Counted from the stretch's first letter, positions 33,018-43,510 are shown. The stretch: 64,000 nt of DNA from Alphaproteobacteria bacterium (GCA_965227515.1 CBDDFZ010000001.1:3776001-3840000), one strand, 5' to 3'. Notes: generated by a model not told the origin, from the letters alone. Numbers and translations are program-made.

Positions 33018-33767
33018 ATGATCGGACAATTCGGCATCAACAAGATCGGCGCTGTCTGCACGGCTGCCATCATCGGTTTCACCGCCGCGGTACCGGCGGT
33101 CGCGGAGGACTTCTCCCGCGATGAGATCGAGCAGATCGTCTACGAGTATCTGCTGGAGCACCCGGAAGTGATTCTGGAAGCCGTGTCGGTGCTGGAACAG
33201 CGCCAGGCGGCCGAAGAGGCCGAGCGCCAGTCCCAGGCCTTGGCCAGCCTGAGTGAGGACATCTTTGGCGGCGACTCCACCATGGTCGCCGGCAACCCGG
33301 ACGGCGACGTCACCATCGTCGAGTTCTTCGACTACCGCTGCAGCTACTGCAAGCGCGTCGCGCCCGCCGTTATGGCACTGGTTGAAGAAGACGCTGGCAT
33401 CCGCTTGGGAATGAAGGAATTTCCAATTCTCAGCGAAGATTCGATGTATGCCGCCCGCGCCGCGCTGGCCGCCGAGGAACAGGGTCTCTACTGGGAGATG
33501 CATGTCGCACTGATGGATCATCGCGGCGAGTACACCCAGGACGTGGTGGTCGCGATCGCGAACAGTGTTGGCTTGGACTCCGAGCGGATGCTGGCCGACA
33601 TGACCAGCCCCGAGATCGACGCCATCATCGCCAAGAACTACGAACTTGCTCAGCTTCTTGGCATCAGCGGAACGCCGGCGTTCGTCATCGGCGACACCGT
33701 GGTGCCGGGCGCCATCGACATCGACACCATGCGCGACCTGATTGCCGAGGCGCGCAGCGCAAGCTGA
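33018..33767 (+). CDS. DsbA family thiol-disulfide oxidoreductase
   Basis: EFFDYRCSYCK (CxxC), KEFPIL, GTPAFVIG, signal peptide. Confidence 0.92.
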   Translation: MIGQFGINKIGAVCTAAIIGFTAAVPAVAEDFSRDEIEQIVYEYLLEHPEVILEAVSVLEQRQAAEEAERQSQALASLSEDIFGGDSTMVAGNPDGDVTIVEFFDYRCSYCKRVAPAVMALVEEDAGIRLGMKEFPILSEDSMYAARAALAAEEQGLYWEMHVALMDHRGEYTQDVVVAIANSVGLDSERMLADMTSPEIDAIIAKNYELAQLLGISGTPAFVIGDTVVPGAIDIDTMRDLIAEARSAS

Positions 33768-33914
33768 TCCAAGCCAGGCCCCTGCCCGTTGCGCGGCGAC
33801 GCGCGACGGGCCGCGGCATGTCGCTCGATGGGGCCTGCAGCGGCCCAGCGCAGTTGACCCGACTGTGACTATTCGGCTACGGCTGAGCCGGTAACCCGTG
33901 CCGGTGCGAGTCCC

Positions 33915-34370
33915 TTGGCCAATCACTCCCCGATCAGCATTCTCAACGGTCCGAACCTCAACATGCTGGGGGTCCGCGAGCCTGAGACCTATGGGTCGCA
34001 GACCCTGGACGACATCGCGGAGCTGTGCCGGCGCAAGGCTGGCGAATTGGGCTTTGAGGTCGACTTCCGGCAGACCAACAGCGAGGGCGAACTGGTGACA
34101 TGGGTGCAGCAGGGTCGCGGCACGACCAGCGGGCTGGTGCTCAATGCCGGGGCCTACACGCACACGTCGGTCGCCCTGTACGACGCGCTGGCGATGTACG
34201 ACATGCCGATCGTGGAGGTACACCTGTCCAATATCCATAAGCGCGAGCCGTTCCGGCACCGCTCCTATGTCTCCCCACAGGCGGCAGGGGTAATCTGCGG
34301 CTTTGGCAGTGCCGGCTACCTGATGGCCCTGGACGGGCTTGCCGGCATGCTGGCGAAACAGGCGGCCTGA
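33915..34370 (+). CDS. aroQ: Type II 3-dehydroquinate dehydratase
   Basis: LNGPNLNMLGVREP, AYTHTS, EVHLSNIHKREPFRH. Confidence 0.96.
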   Translation: MANHSPISILNGPNLNMLGVREPETYGSQTLDDIAELCRRKAGELGFEVDFRQTNSEGELVTWVQQGRGTTSGLVLNAGAYTHTSVALYDALAMYDMPIVEVHLSNIHKREPFRHRSYVSPQAAGVICGFGSAGYLMALDGLAGMLAKQAA

Positions 34371-34373
34371 CCC

Positions 34374-34820
34374 ATGGCAAAGTTCGACATCGACCCTGAA
34401 CTGGTCCGCAAGCTCTCCGATCTGCTGAACGAAACCGGGCTCAGCGAGATCGAATACGCTGCCGGCGAGCAACGGATTCGCGTCACCCGGGCGATGGCCG
34501 CGGCCGAGACCAGGTTTGTCGCGGCACCGCCCGCCGCCGCGACAGCCCAGCAGGCGCCCGCGCCGGAAACCAACGACGCCGCTCATCCAGGCGCGATCAC
34601 CGCACCGATGGTGGGCACGGCATACCTGACGCCCGATCCGGACTCCGAGCCGTTCGTGCGGGTGGGCGACACTGTACGCGAGGGGCAAACGCTGCTGATT
34701 ATCGAGGCCATGAAGGTCATGAACCCCATCCGCGCGCCGCGCGGCGGCACCGTCGCCAAGATCCTGATCGAAACGGCGACGCCCGTGGAGTTCGGTGAAC
34801 CGCTGATGATCCTCGAATAG
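34374..34820 (+). CDS. accB: Biotin carboxyl carrier protein
   Basis: EAMKVMN biotinylation motif. Confidence 0.96.
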   Translation: MAKFDIDPELVRKLSDLLNETGLSEIEYAAGEQRIRVTRAMAAAETRFVAAPPAAATAQQAPAPETNDAAHPGAITAPMVGTAYLTPDPDSEPFVRVGDTVREGQTLLIIEAMKVMNPIRAPRGGTVAKILIETATPVEFGEPLMILE

Positions 34821-34834
34821 CGGTCGCGCGACCG

Positions 34835-36178
34835 ATGATCGAGAAGGTCCTCATTGCCAACCGCGGCGAGATCGCGCTGCGGATCAACCGTGCCTGCAAG
34901 GAGATGGGGCTGGCCACCGTTGCGGCCCACTCCACCGCCGACGCCAACGCCATGCACGTGCGGCTGGCCGACGAGAGCGTGTGCATCGGTCCGGCGCCGG
35001 CAGCGCAGAGCTACCTGAACATCCCGGCCATCCTGTCGGCGGCCACCATCACCGGCGCCGATGCCATCCACCCCGGCTACGGCTTCCTGTCGGAAAACGC
35101 CAAGTTCGCCCACATCGTCGAAGAGCACGGCCTGGTCTTCATCGGCCCGTCGCCGAAGCACATCGAGATGATGGGCGACAAGATCACCGCCAAGGAGACC
35201 ATGCGCCGGCTGGGCGTACCGGTGGTGCCGGGGTCCGACGGTGCGGTGCACGATCTGGACGAACTGAACGCGCTGGTCGAGACCACCGGTTTCCCGGTGC
35301 TGATCAAGGCGGCCGGCGGCGGTGGCGGCAAGGGCATGCGCGTCGCGCGCGACCGGTCCGAGCTGGCCGAGGCGTTCACCCTGGCCAAGCGCGAGGCGCA
35401 GCTGTTCTTCGGCAACGATGCCCTCTACGTCGAGCGCTACCTGGAGCGGCCGCGCCACATCGAACTCCAGATCATCGCCGACAACCACGGCAACGTGGTG
35501 CACCTTGGCGAGCGCGACTGCTCGCTGCAGCGCAGTCACCAGAAGGTGCTGGAGGAGGCCCCCTCGCCGGCGCTGAACGTGCAGGCGCGCCAAAACATCG
35601 GCGCCCGCGTGGTGGAGGCGATCTCCGAGCTGGGCTACCGCAATGCCGGCACCATCGAGTTCCTGTACGAGGATGGCGAGTTCTTCTTCCTGGAGATGAA
35701 CACCCGCCTGCAAGTGGAACATCCGGTTACGGAAATGGTCACCGGACTGGACCTGGTTCGCGAGCAGGTGCGCATCGCCACCGAGGCGCCGCTGTCGGTC
35801 ACCCAGCAGGACGTGCGCATCTCGGGCCACGCCATCGAATGCCGCATCAATGCCGAGAACCCGCGCACCTTCGCGCCGTCGCCGGGCCGCATTGCCGAGT
35901 ATCACCCGCCGGGCGGATTCGGCGTGCGCGTCGACAGCGCGCTCTACTCCGGCTACCAAGTGCCATCGAACTACGACAGCATGGTCGGCAAGCTGATCGT
36001 CCACGGCAACACCCGCAACGAGTGCCTTATGCGCCTGCGCCGCGCCCTGGACGAGTATGTGATCGAGGGCATCGAGACCACGATCGAGTTGCACCGGCAC
36101 CTGGCCACGCATCCGGACTTCGTGAACGGCACTTACGATATCCACTGGCTTGAGCGGCATCTGGCCAGCCTGAACTGA
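34835..36178 (+). CDS. accC: Biotin carboxylase
   Basis: ANRGEIA, HPGYGFLSEN, GGGGKGM, EMNTRLQVEH. Confidence 0.97.
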   Translation: MIEKVLIANRGEIALRINRACKEMGLATVAAHSTADANAMHVRLADESVCIGPAPAAQSYLNIPAILSAATITGADAIHPGYGFLSENAKFAHIVEEHGLVFIGPSPKHIEMMGDKITAKETMRRLGVPVVPGSDGAVHDLDELNALVETTGFPVLIKAAGGGGGKGMRVARDRSELAEAFTLAKREAQLFFGNDALYVERYLERPRHIELQIIADNHGNVVHLGERDCSLQRSHQKVLEEAPSPALNVQARQNIGARVVEAISELGYRNAGTIEFLYEDGEFFFLEMNTRLQVEHPVTEMVTGLDLVREQVRIATEAPLSVTQQDVRISGHAIECRINAENPRTFAPSPGRIAEYHPPGGFGVRVDSALYSGYQVPSNYDSMVGKLIVHGNTRNECLMRLRRALDEYVIEGIETTIELHRHLATHPDFVNGTYDIHWLERHLASLN

Positions 36179-36301
36179 CAGAACCCAAGTATTTTTCGCC
36201 AAAGTTACTTATGTTGGTGAACGCAGCCTCGTATTAGGCTGAAACCTAGCAGGACTGTTTGGCCCACTGGTTTGGGCCGATGCCCAATGACGGAGCGGCG
36301 C

Positions 36302-36907
36302 ATGCACGGCATGCCGGAGCTGACTGTCGACCTTCTGCTGGCGGCTTATGCAAGCGGCATCTTCCCGATGGCGGAGTCCGCGGACGATGAGGATGTCTTC
36401 TGGGTCGATCCCGAGCAGCGCGGGATCATTCCGCTCGACCGCCTGCACATCCCGCGCCGGCTGGCCCGGACCATCAAGCAGGGCCGCTACGAGGTCAGCA
36501 TGGACCGCGATTTCGCCGGCGTCATCGATGCCTGTGCCGCCGCGACGACAGACCGGCCTTCGACCTGGATCAATGGCACCATCCGCGATCTCTACGTGCA
36601 GATGCACGAGCGCGGCCACGCCCACAGCGTCGAGACCTGGCAGGACGGAACGCTGGTGGGCGGCCTCTATGGCATTGCCATCAACGGGGCCTTCTTCGGC
36701 GAAAGCATGTTCTCGCGCGCGCCGGATGCCAGCAAGGTGGCCCTGGTGCACCTGGTGAACCATCTGCGCGCCCGGGGCTTCGTGCTGCTGGATACCCAGT
36801 TCGTCACCGAGCACCTGCGCCAGTTCGGCGCCATCGAGATCCCGCGCACCGAATACCGGCGCCGGCTGCAGGCGGCACTCGCCAAGGACGTTTCCTTCAA
36901 CGACTGA
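36302..36907 (+). CDS. aat: Leucyl/phenylalanyl-tRNA-protein transferase
   Basis: [38 protein letters not shown]. Confidence 0.95.
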   Translation: MHGMPELTVDLLLAAYASGIFPMAESADDEDVFWVDPEQRGIIPLDRLHIPRRLARTIKQGRYEVSMDRDFAGVIDACAAATTDRPSTWINGTIRDLYVQMHERGHAHSVETWQDGTLVGGLYGIAINGAFFGESMFSRAPDASKVALVHLVNHLRARGFVLLDTQFVTEHLRQFGAIEIPRTEYRRRLQAALAKDVSFND

Positions 36908-37049
36908 AGCGGCTTGGGGCACGCTCAGGTGCCATGGCCGGCCATGAAGCGCAGCCTGACCGCGCGTCACTAGCCCGGTTTGACGCTGCTATGGTAGACT
37001 GAACCATGTGGTTAACTTGTGATGGCCTGTCGCCTCCGGGAGTGGCACC

Positions 37050-37466
37050 ATGAGAGCGCTGTGCGGCGGTATCTTGGCGGCTTGCCTGATGGCTGTGCCT
37101 GCCGCCGCGCAGGACACGGGCGGCGGGGAAGACGAACTGCGCGCCGCCCTGGTGGGCGAATGGTCGCTTTCGGAAGACGCATGCGGCAGTTGGCGGGTCG
37201 TCTTCACCCACACCGGAACCACGGAAACGCGCAGTATCGCTGAGGATGGCTGGATGTCGGAGGGTGTCGGCACCTTTGCCATAGACGGCTCTTCGGTCAC
37301 CATTCTGCGCGCCAGCAACAGCCAGGTCTTCGCGGTGAAGGACGTCCAGTCGGACCGGCTGGTGGTGTCGGAGGCTTCCGGGCCGGATACCGACCTGGTT
37401 CGGTGCAGCTGGGCCGGCCACGATACCAGCGGATTGTTGCCCCGGCCGGGTTCCTACGGGTTTTGA
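37050..37466 (+). CDS. Hypothetical secreted protein
   Basis: Signal peptide (AAA-Q), LVGEW, beta-rich. Confidence 0.7.
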   Translation: MRALCGGILAACLMAVPAAAQDTGGGEDELRAALVGEWSLSEDACGSWRVVFTHTGTTETRSIAEDGWMSEGVGTFAIDGSSVTILRASNSQVFAVKDVQSDRLVVSEASGPDTDLVRCSWAGHDTSGLLPRPGSYGF

Positions 37467-37537
37467 CCGATCGGGCATCCATTGCCGCGGCCGCGCCGCA
37501 AGACGCTACGTCCGACACCACCGATCAGACCGGTCAG

Positions 37538-38293
37538 GTGACAAGCGTCGGCCGGCGCCGGCGGCTTTATGCCGTCGACTTCGCGCGCGCCATCGCCGTC
37601 GTGCTGATGATCGTCTACCACTTCTGTTGGGACCTGGAGAGCTTCGGCCTGGTCTATTTCGGCCTGCTGGAGGCGCCGTTCTGGCTCGTCGCGCGCACCG
37701 TCATCGCCGGCCTGTTCCTCGGCCTGGTCGGATTCAGCATGGTCATCGCCGCCCAGGGCGGCCTGCATTGGGGGCGATACGGGCGACGCCTGGCGATGGT
37801 GGCGGCCGGTGCGGTCGCCATCAGCGCCGTGACCTACTGGATGTTTGCCGATGCCTGGGTCTTCTTCGGCATCCTGCACAACATCACCCTCGGCAGCCTC
37901 ATCGCTCTCGGCTTCCTGCGCGCGCCGTGGTGGGTGGCGCTGTTGGGCGGGGTGGCGGCGCTCGCGGTGAGCTGGCTGCTCGCCGATACCAATATCGACG
38001 GCTGGCTGCTCTGGCTGGTGCAAGGCGGCACCGAGGTGTCGGCGGTCGACTACGTGCCGCTCATCCCCTGGTTCTCGGCCACCCTGTTCGGCATGGCGCT
38101 CGCCAAGCTGACCATCGAGCGCCGCGTCCTGCCATTTCCGCATACATGGTCGCCAACCGGCCGGGCCGCGCGCGCCTTCGGCTTCGTCGGCCGCCACACC
38201 CTGGCGGTCTACCTGATCCACCAGCCGATCCTGTTCGGCCTGTTGTACCTCTACGTGATGATCGTACCGCCGGGACCGGTACGGCCCGGCTAG
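37538..38293 (+). CDS. DUF1624 / heparan-alpha-glucosaminide N-acetyltransferase-like membrane protein
   Basis: VDFARAIAVVLMIVYHF, FFGILH, DYVPLIPW, GRHTLAVYLIHQP. Confidence 0.85.
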   Translation: MTSVGRRRRLYAVDFARAIAVVLMIVYHFCWDLESFGLVYFGLLEAPFWLVARTVIAGLFLGLVGFSMVIAAQGGLHWGRYGRRLAMVAAGAVAISAVTYWMFADAWVFFGILHNITLGSLIALGFLRAPWWVALLGGVAALAVSWLLADTNIDGWLLWLVQGGTEVSAVDYVPLIPWFSATLFGMALAKLTIERRVLPFPHTWSPTGRAARAFGFVGRHTLAVYLIHQPILFGLLYLYVMIVPPGPVRPG

Positions 38294-38302
38294 GGTGTCC
38301 GG

Positions 38303-39478
38303 TCAGCCGCCGTCCTCGTTGCGGTATGGCGAGTGGTGCGCGGTCATGTAGGCCATTTCTTCCTCGATCGCCTGCTGCTCGCGGCGGGTGAAGTCGGCCA
38401 CCGCCTGCGCGAAGCCATCGCTGTTGAACCAGTGCGCGCTGAACGTGCGCACCGGCAGATAGCCGCGCTGCACCTTGTGCGGTCCCTGCGTCCCCGCCTC
38501 CACCCGCGCCAGTCCGTGGGTAATGGCGTACTCGATCGCCTGGTAGTAGCAGCACTCGAAGTGCAGGAAGTCGTGGTCCTCCACGCAGCCCCAGTTGCGG
38601 CCGAACAGGGCGTCGCTGCCGCGGAAGTTCAGCGCGCCGGCAATCCGCCGCCCCTCGCGCCATGCCATCACCAGCACCACCCGCTCCTGCAGCCGTTCGG
38701 TGATGGTCTCGAAGAAGTCGCGGGTCAGGTACGGCGCGCCCCATTTGCGGTCATAGGTGTCGACATAGAACTGGTAGAACGCATCCCAGTCGTCGCCGGT
38801 GATTTCGGCGCCCGTCAGCGCGCGCACGGTGATGCCGTTCTCGGCCAGCACCCGCCGTTCCTTGCGGATCGACTTGCGCTTGCGCGACGTCAGCGTGCCC
38901 AGGAAATCGTCGAATGTTTCGTAGCCGCGATTGTGCCAATGGAACTGCTGGCCGACACGCTGCACCAGCCCGGCGGCGCCCATGCGCTCCCAGTCGGCCT
39001 GATGGCAGAAGGTGACATGCAGCGACGATACCTCCATCCGGCTGGCGAAGGTGATCGCGGCCTCGATCAGGCCGGCGGCGGCGCGCTCCGCCTGCGGCCC
39101 TTCCGATGCGTCGACCAGCAGGCGCGGCCCCGGCACCGGCGTGAACGGCACCGCGCATTGCAGCTTCGGATAGTAGCGCCCGCCCGACTGTTCGTAGGCA
39201 TGGGCCCAGGAATGGTCGAACATATACTCGCCGTACGAATTGCCCTTCAGGTAGAGCGGCATGGCGCCAACCATGCGGCCCGCCCCGTCGTTCAGCACCA
39301 GGTGCTGCGGCCACCAGCCGGTGCGGTCGCCGACGCTGCCGCTGTCCTCCAGCGCGCTGAGGAAGGCATAGGAGACGAAGGGATTGTCGGAACCGGCGCA
39401 CGCGTCCCAATCGGCTTGCGCGACAGCGGCGATATCCCCGACAATACGCCCCGTGAATGTGGGCGCGTCGTCAGGCAT
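38303..39478 (-). CDS. FemAB-like GNAT family protein
   Basis: NPFVSYAFLSALE, SYGEYMFDHSWA, YYPKL, PFTPVPG, GRNWG, LHFECCYYQ. Confidence 0.9.
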   Translation of the reverse strand: MPDDAPTFTGRIVGDIAAVAQADWDACAGSDNPFVSYAFLSALEDSGSVGDRTGWWPQHLVLNDGAGRMVGAMPLYLKGNSYGEYMFDHSWAHAYEQSGGRYYPKLQCAVPFTPVPGPRLLVDASEGPQAERAAAGLIEAAITFASRMEVSSLHVTFCHQADWERMGAAGLVQRVGQQFHWHNRGYETFDDFLGTLTSRKRKSIRKERRVLAENGITVRALTGAEITGDDWDAFYQFYVDTYDRKWGAPYLTRDFFETITERLQERVVLVMAWREGRRIAGALNFRGSDALFGRNWGCVEDHDFLHFECCYYQAIEYAITHGLARVEAGTQGPHKVQRGYLPVRTFSAHWFNSDGFAQAVADFTRREQQAIEEEMAYMTAHHSPYRNEDGG

Positions 39479-39597
39479 CGTGCGCCCCGTCAACATCGAA
39501 CACCGGGTCGCGCGCCGCGGCCGGCCTTCGCGAGGGCGCGTTCCACCATGCAGTCGACCTTGCAGCAGCAAGACACCAGCCTCTTGGCCGCAGCGTC

Positions 39598-40416
39598 ATG
39601 AAGACATCCATCTACAGTGCCATCGCCATGGCGGTGGCAATGGTGTTCGGCCTGCCCATCTTCTGGCTGCTGGCGTCCAGCCTGCGCCCGCCCGGCATGC
39701 GCTTTTCGGTCGAGGGGATGGGCATTCCCGGCATTGACTTCCCGCCGACGGCGGCGAGTTGGGTGAACCAGTTCAGCAGCCCCCTGGTGCTGGAAGGACT
39801 AGGACGGTCGGCAGTCATCGCACTGACCGCGACGCTGCTCGCGCTCCTGCTCGGCGTGCCTGCGGCGCTGGCGCTCGCCCGGCGCAACGCCCCGCACCAG
39901 CGGCGGCAAGGCGAGATCATCCTGGCCCTGATGCTAATGGTGCGCATCCTGCCGCCCATCGTGCTGGCGATGCCGTTGACCGTCATCATGCACGCGTTCG
40001 GCCTTCTGGACACCACGCTGGCCCTCATCCTGGTCAATGCAATGATGGTGCTGCCGTTCGTCGTCATCATTCTACGCCAGACGTTCGTGGAAATCCCGGC
40101 CGAACTGGAACATGCCGCGGCTCTGGACGGTGCCAATACGTTGCATATTGTGTGCCGGATCACGCTGCCGCTGGCGGCCCCCGCCATCGTGGCAACCGGC
40201 CTGATCGCGTTTGCGTTCGCCTGGAACGACTACATCTTCGCGATCGCGTTCTTCCGGCTGGAAATGCGCACCCTGCCGCTGCTGATCGCGAGTGGAGCCG
40301 GCGGCGGCGACATGATGGTGCGCGCCTTCGTCGCCCTGATGGTGCCGGTGCTGCTGGCGCTGTTCGCCCAGCGCTACATCATCCAGGGCATGACCATGGG
40401 CGCCCTGGTGAGATAG
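39598..40416 (+). CDS. Carbohydrate ABC transporter permease (orphan)
   Basis: EAA loop IPAELEHAAALDGA, FAWNDY, 6 TMs. Confidence 0.85.
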   Translation: MKTSIYSAIAMAVAMVFGLPIFWLLASSLRPPGMRFSVEGMGIPGIDFPPTAASWVNQFSSPLVLEGLGRSAVIALTATLLALLLGVPAALALARRNAPHQRRQGEIILALMLMVRILPPIVLAMPLTVIMHAFGLLDTTLALILVNAMMVLPFVVIILRQTFVEIPAELEHAAALDGANTLHIVCRITLPLAAPAIVATGLIAFAFAWNDYIFAIAFFRLEMRTLPLLIASGAGGGDMMVRAFVALMVPVLLALFAQRYIIQGMTMGALVR

Positions 40417-40457
40417 GGCGCATCCATACCAGCGGCATGAAGCCCTGACCTCTCATT

Positions 40458-40585
40458 CGTCATTGCGAGGAGCGGCGACCCCTATTTGCCAGGGGTCGGC
40501 GCGACGCGGCAATCCAGAGCATCGTTGCCACCCTCACATCAATCGCCTGGATCGCCACGCCCGCTGCAGCGGGCTCGCGATGACG
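40458..40585. repeat. RPE/REP-like palindromic element
   Basis: cgtcattgcgag...gcaatccag...ctggatcgc...ctcgcgatgacg inverted ends, between convergent genes. Confidence 0.75.
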
Positions 40586-40625
40586 CCTCAAGGGACGGAT
40601 AGGTCAACGAAAAATGCCCTTGATC

Positions 40626-41093
40626 TTACTTCACCTCGAACAGCGCCTCGACCTCCACCGCGGCGCCCAGCGGCAGGCTGGCCACGCCCACCGCGGCGCG
40701 GGCATGGCGGCCAGCATCGCCCAGAACCTCGACAGCCAGGTCGGAGGCGCCGTTTATCACTTTCGGCTGGTCGACATAGTCGTCGGTGCAATTGACGAAC
40801 CCGCCCAGGCGCACACAGCGCGCGATCCGGTCCAGATCGCCATCGCAGGCCGCCTTGGCCTGGGCCAGGATGTTGATCATGCACAGCCGGGCCGCAGCCA
40901 CGCCGTCTTCCAGCGACACGCCCTGCCCGATCTTGCCGGTATAGGCCACCGCGCCGTCCCGCATCGGCAACTGGCCGGAGATCACCAACAGTTTGCCGGC
41001 CCACTGATACGGCACATAGTTCGCCGCCGGGGCCGGTGCCGCCGGCAGACTGATGCCGAGTTCCTGAAGGCGCGCGTCGATGCTGCCGGGCAT
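40626..41093 (-). CDS. RidA family protein
   Basis: PAANYVP, ISGQLP, NGASDL, GRHARAAVGV, VEVEA. Confidence 0.92.
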   Translation of the reverse strand: MPGSIDARLQELGISLPAAPAPAANYVPYQWAGKLLVISGQLPMRDGAVAYTGKIGQGVSLEDGVAAARLCMINILAQAKAACDGDLDRIARCVRLGGFVNCTDDYVDQPKVINGASDLAVEVLGDAGRHARAAVGVASLPLGAAVEVEALFEVK

Positions 41094-41349
41094 TGTTTCC
41101 TCCCCTGATCGTGCGGTGGCCGCTTGGGCCCGTGATTACCGTGCCCCAGGCGCCCCACCAACAAAAGATTGGCACCCAGAAAAAGATAGGGGTGCACGGC
41201 GTTAGCGCGCACCCCAGGGGGTCAGGGAGGACATGTTTTCGTCCATTCACCCAATGAACGGCCGCCGCTGCCTGCGTGCGGTCTCTCCCAACCTCCCACC
41301 CGAGCGGGTCCGGCCACGGCCGTAGCGCCCAATTGCAATGTCGGAACGG

Positions 41350-43230
41350 TTAAGCGGAGTTGCCGGCCCAACGGGGCACCGGCAACAACTCCTCGATGAG
41401 ATCGGGCTGGCGGATGCCACCCTCCGTGTTCTGCGGCTGACCCTGGCGGGACGGCCGCAGGCTGGGGAACGAGACAACCCGGTCCAGCATATCCGCCATC
41501 GCATGCACGCTCGCCGGATCGGCGGCGTCCTGGGGAATGCCGTCCAGGGCGGCGGCGTCCGCCGCGCTGATCCCCGGACAACCCGCCAGGGACCCATGGC
41601 CGCAGCAATAGCGGTCCGCGGCTTCGATCTCGTCGTCGCTGAACCCCAGCGCGGCCAGCATGTCGAAGCCGTAGTCGTCGATCTGCACCGGATCCAGGCC
41701 CAGGTTCTCGGTGCATTCCTGCCGCCCGAGGACCCATTGGTTGAAGATGTGGCGCAGGGTTGTCGTCTCCGGGATCGCCGCTTCCAGCCGCTGGCGGCCA
41801 TCGGCGCTCAGGCCACGGGCGCGCAGTTGCTGTGGGTCGAGCGCCGGCGCGCCGCGCAAGGTGCCGTGCCCGACCAGGTGATCGACCGCGCCGGACAGCG
41901 CCGCCGGGCCATAGCCCAGGGCACTCAGTCCATCCAACAGGGCCGGCGCCACCATGCGCACGAAGCGCTCGTCGGTCACCTGATCCTGCACCACCAGGTC
42001 GCGTACGGGGTCGATGCCTGCCGAGCGCGCGTCCAACAGCGGCGCCAGCGGCCCCAGCGCCACGACGCCGGTGAAGGTGGAGTTGCGGAAGCCCGACCGC
42101 GCGCCCAGGCCCAGCGCACGCCGCCACGTCGCGGCATGGGCTGCTGCCAACACCGCGGCGAGATCGCTTGCCAAGGCCGGCCTGACCACGTCGGCCAGCG
42201 TTGCGATGGCGGCATCGCCGGCGCTGCGCTGCTCCGAGAGCTGGCGCAACACGCCCCGGCGGGCGCCGGCGAACGAGGGGCAAGTGCCCGCCTCCGCCGC
42301 CATTTCCGCCGATGCCGCGGCAACCCCGCCGGTGACCAGGCTCATGATGGCGGTGGCAAACGCACGCCCGCCCGCGCTGTCGTAGGGCAGGCCATGCGCC
42401 ATCAGCACCGTCGCCAGATTGGCCACGTTCACCAGCAGCGGCCGCTGGTTGTAGGTCGCCGCCGCCACATCGGCATTCCGATAGAGCCTGGAGGCCAGGA
42501 TGATCTCGGCCGCGACCGCCGCCACATGAACCGCCCGGCGCAGGCGATCCGGCTCCAGCACCCGGTCGGCGTTGAGGAACGCGGCAAGGTTCAGCGTGAC
42601 CACGGTGGGCTCGGCCTCGGCCGAGACGCTGCCGGCCCCGCCATTGCGACGCTGCAGGCTGACGACATTGCCGTCGCTGTTCAGGTCGTCGACCGGCATC
42701 GCCAGCGGCGCGATGAAATCGGGCGCGTCAGCGCCGCGCACGGCCTGCCCGGTACGGAAGTCCACGCCGACGGCGGTGTTCAGGGACCTGTCCGCCAGGG
42801 CATATGCACGCCGCAGCCCCGCCTTGGCCCACACATCCACCGAAGGCGACAGCGCCCGGGCCTCGAGCAACGCCTGCAGGTCGGCCAGGAAGGCATCGGC
42901 ATCCTCGGCCTGGTCGAACAGGCCAAGCTGCCAGCCCCAATAGGCGACGTGGCGCGCCACCCGTCCGCAGGCGCGGCGCGCATCGAAGTCGTCGCACGGC
43001 TGCGGGTCGGCGGGGCGCCACAGCGATGCCGGCACCTCGTCGTCGGGGGAAAGCACGTCATGGGTGTAGCGGTCGACCGCGCCGGTCAGCCGGGCCAGTG
43101 CCGCGGCCGCTGCCTCGGGCCAGCAATGGGGCACGACGACGGCAACCTCGGTATCCTCCACCATGGCCGACGTCACGCGCACGTCGGCTGCATGATCATC
43201 CAGATTGGCGGCGGTCGGCTTGAATCTCAT
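41350..43230 (-). CDS. Degenerate class II ribonucleotide reductase (NrdJ)-like protein
   Basis: NrdJ-like blocks YWGWQLGLF, ANLATVLMAHGLPYDS, GFRNS, HLVGHG, HIFNQWVLG, LGFSDDEIEAA..CG. The NPCxE catalytic loop is absent. Divergent from NDUFA12, where nrdJ is usually found. Confidence 0.75.
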   Translation of the reverse strand: MRFKPTAANLDDHAADVRVTSAMVEDTEVAVVVPHCWPEAAAAALARLTGAVDRYTHDVLSPDDEVPASLWRPADPQPCDDFDARRACGRVARHVAYWGWQLGLFDQAEDADAFLADLQALLEARALSPSVDVWAKAGLRRAYALADRSLNTAVGVDFRTGQAVRGADAPDFIAPLAMPVDDLNSDGNVVSLQRRNGGAGSVSAEAEPTVVTLNLAAFLNADRVLEPDRLRRAVHVAAVAAEIILASRLYRNADVAAATYNQRPLLVNVANLATVLMAHGLPYDSAGGRAFATAIMSLVTGGVAAASAEMAAEAGTCPSFAGARRGVLRQLSEQRSAGDAAIATLADVVRPALASDLAAVLAAAHAATWRRALGLGARSGFRNSTFTGVVALGPLAPLLDARSAGIDPVRDLVVQDQVTDERFVRMVAPALLDGLSALGYGPAALSGAVDHLVGHGTLRGAPALDPQQLRARGLSADGRQRLEAAIPETTTLRHIFNQWVLGRQECTENLGLDPVQIDDYGFDMLAALGFSDDEIEAADRYCCGHGSLAGCPGISAADAAALDGIPQDAADPASVHAMADMLDRVVSFPSLRPSRQGQPQNTEGGIRQPDLIEELLPVPRWAGNSA

Positions 43231-43291
43231 AGGCGTCCTTGAAGGGGCGTCCTTGAAATGGGGTGACCAAGGATCGGCACCCCGACGATGG

Positions 43292-43388
43292 GCACAATAT
43301 ATGCCCTGTCAGATGCAATGTCGCGCAATATGTCGTTAAGATATGTAGATTTTGTGGTCGCCGGGGCGACGATGCCCATATCTGGCGT
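43292..43388. promoter_or_regulatory. NrdR-box-like sites
   Basis: gcaCAATATATgccct (43292) and gcgCAATATgTcGtta (43323), 31 bp apart, plus tgcCcATATcTgGcgt (43373). Confidence 0.6.
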
Positions 43389-43510
43389 TGCGAGGTTTGT
43401 GGCGCCGGACGCCCCAAGATGCGCGGGGTGCTTCCCGCATCCACCCGTGATGCACTATAGTCCGCCGCGCCGGCACCCATTGGGTGGCGGCCCCAATTCC
43501 GGAGGCTCAG

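Noticed and set aside
41155-41197. Two AAAAGAT(T/A)GG motifs upstream of ridA as NrdR boxes
   Set aside because: Core mismatches and no RNR gene start nearby; unresolved.
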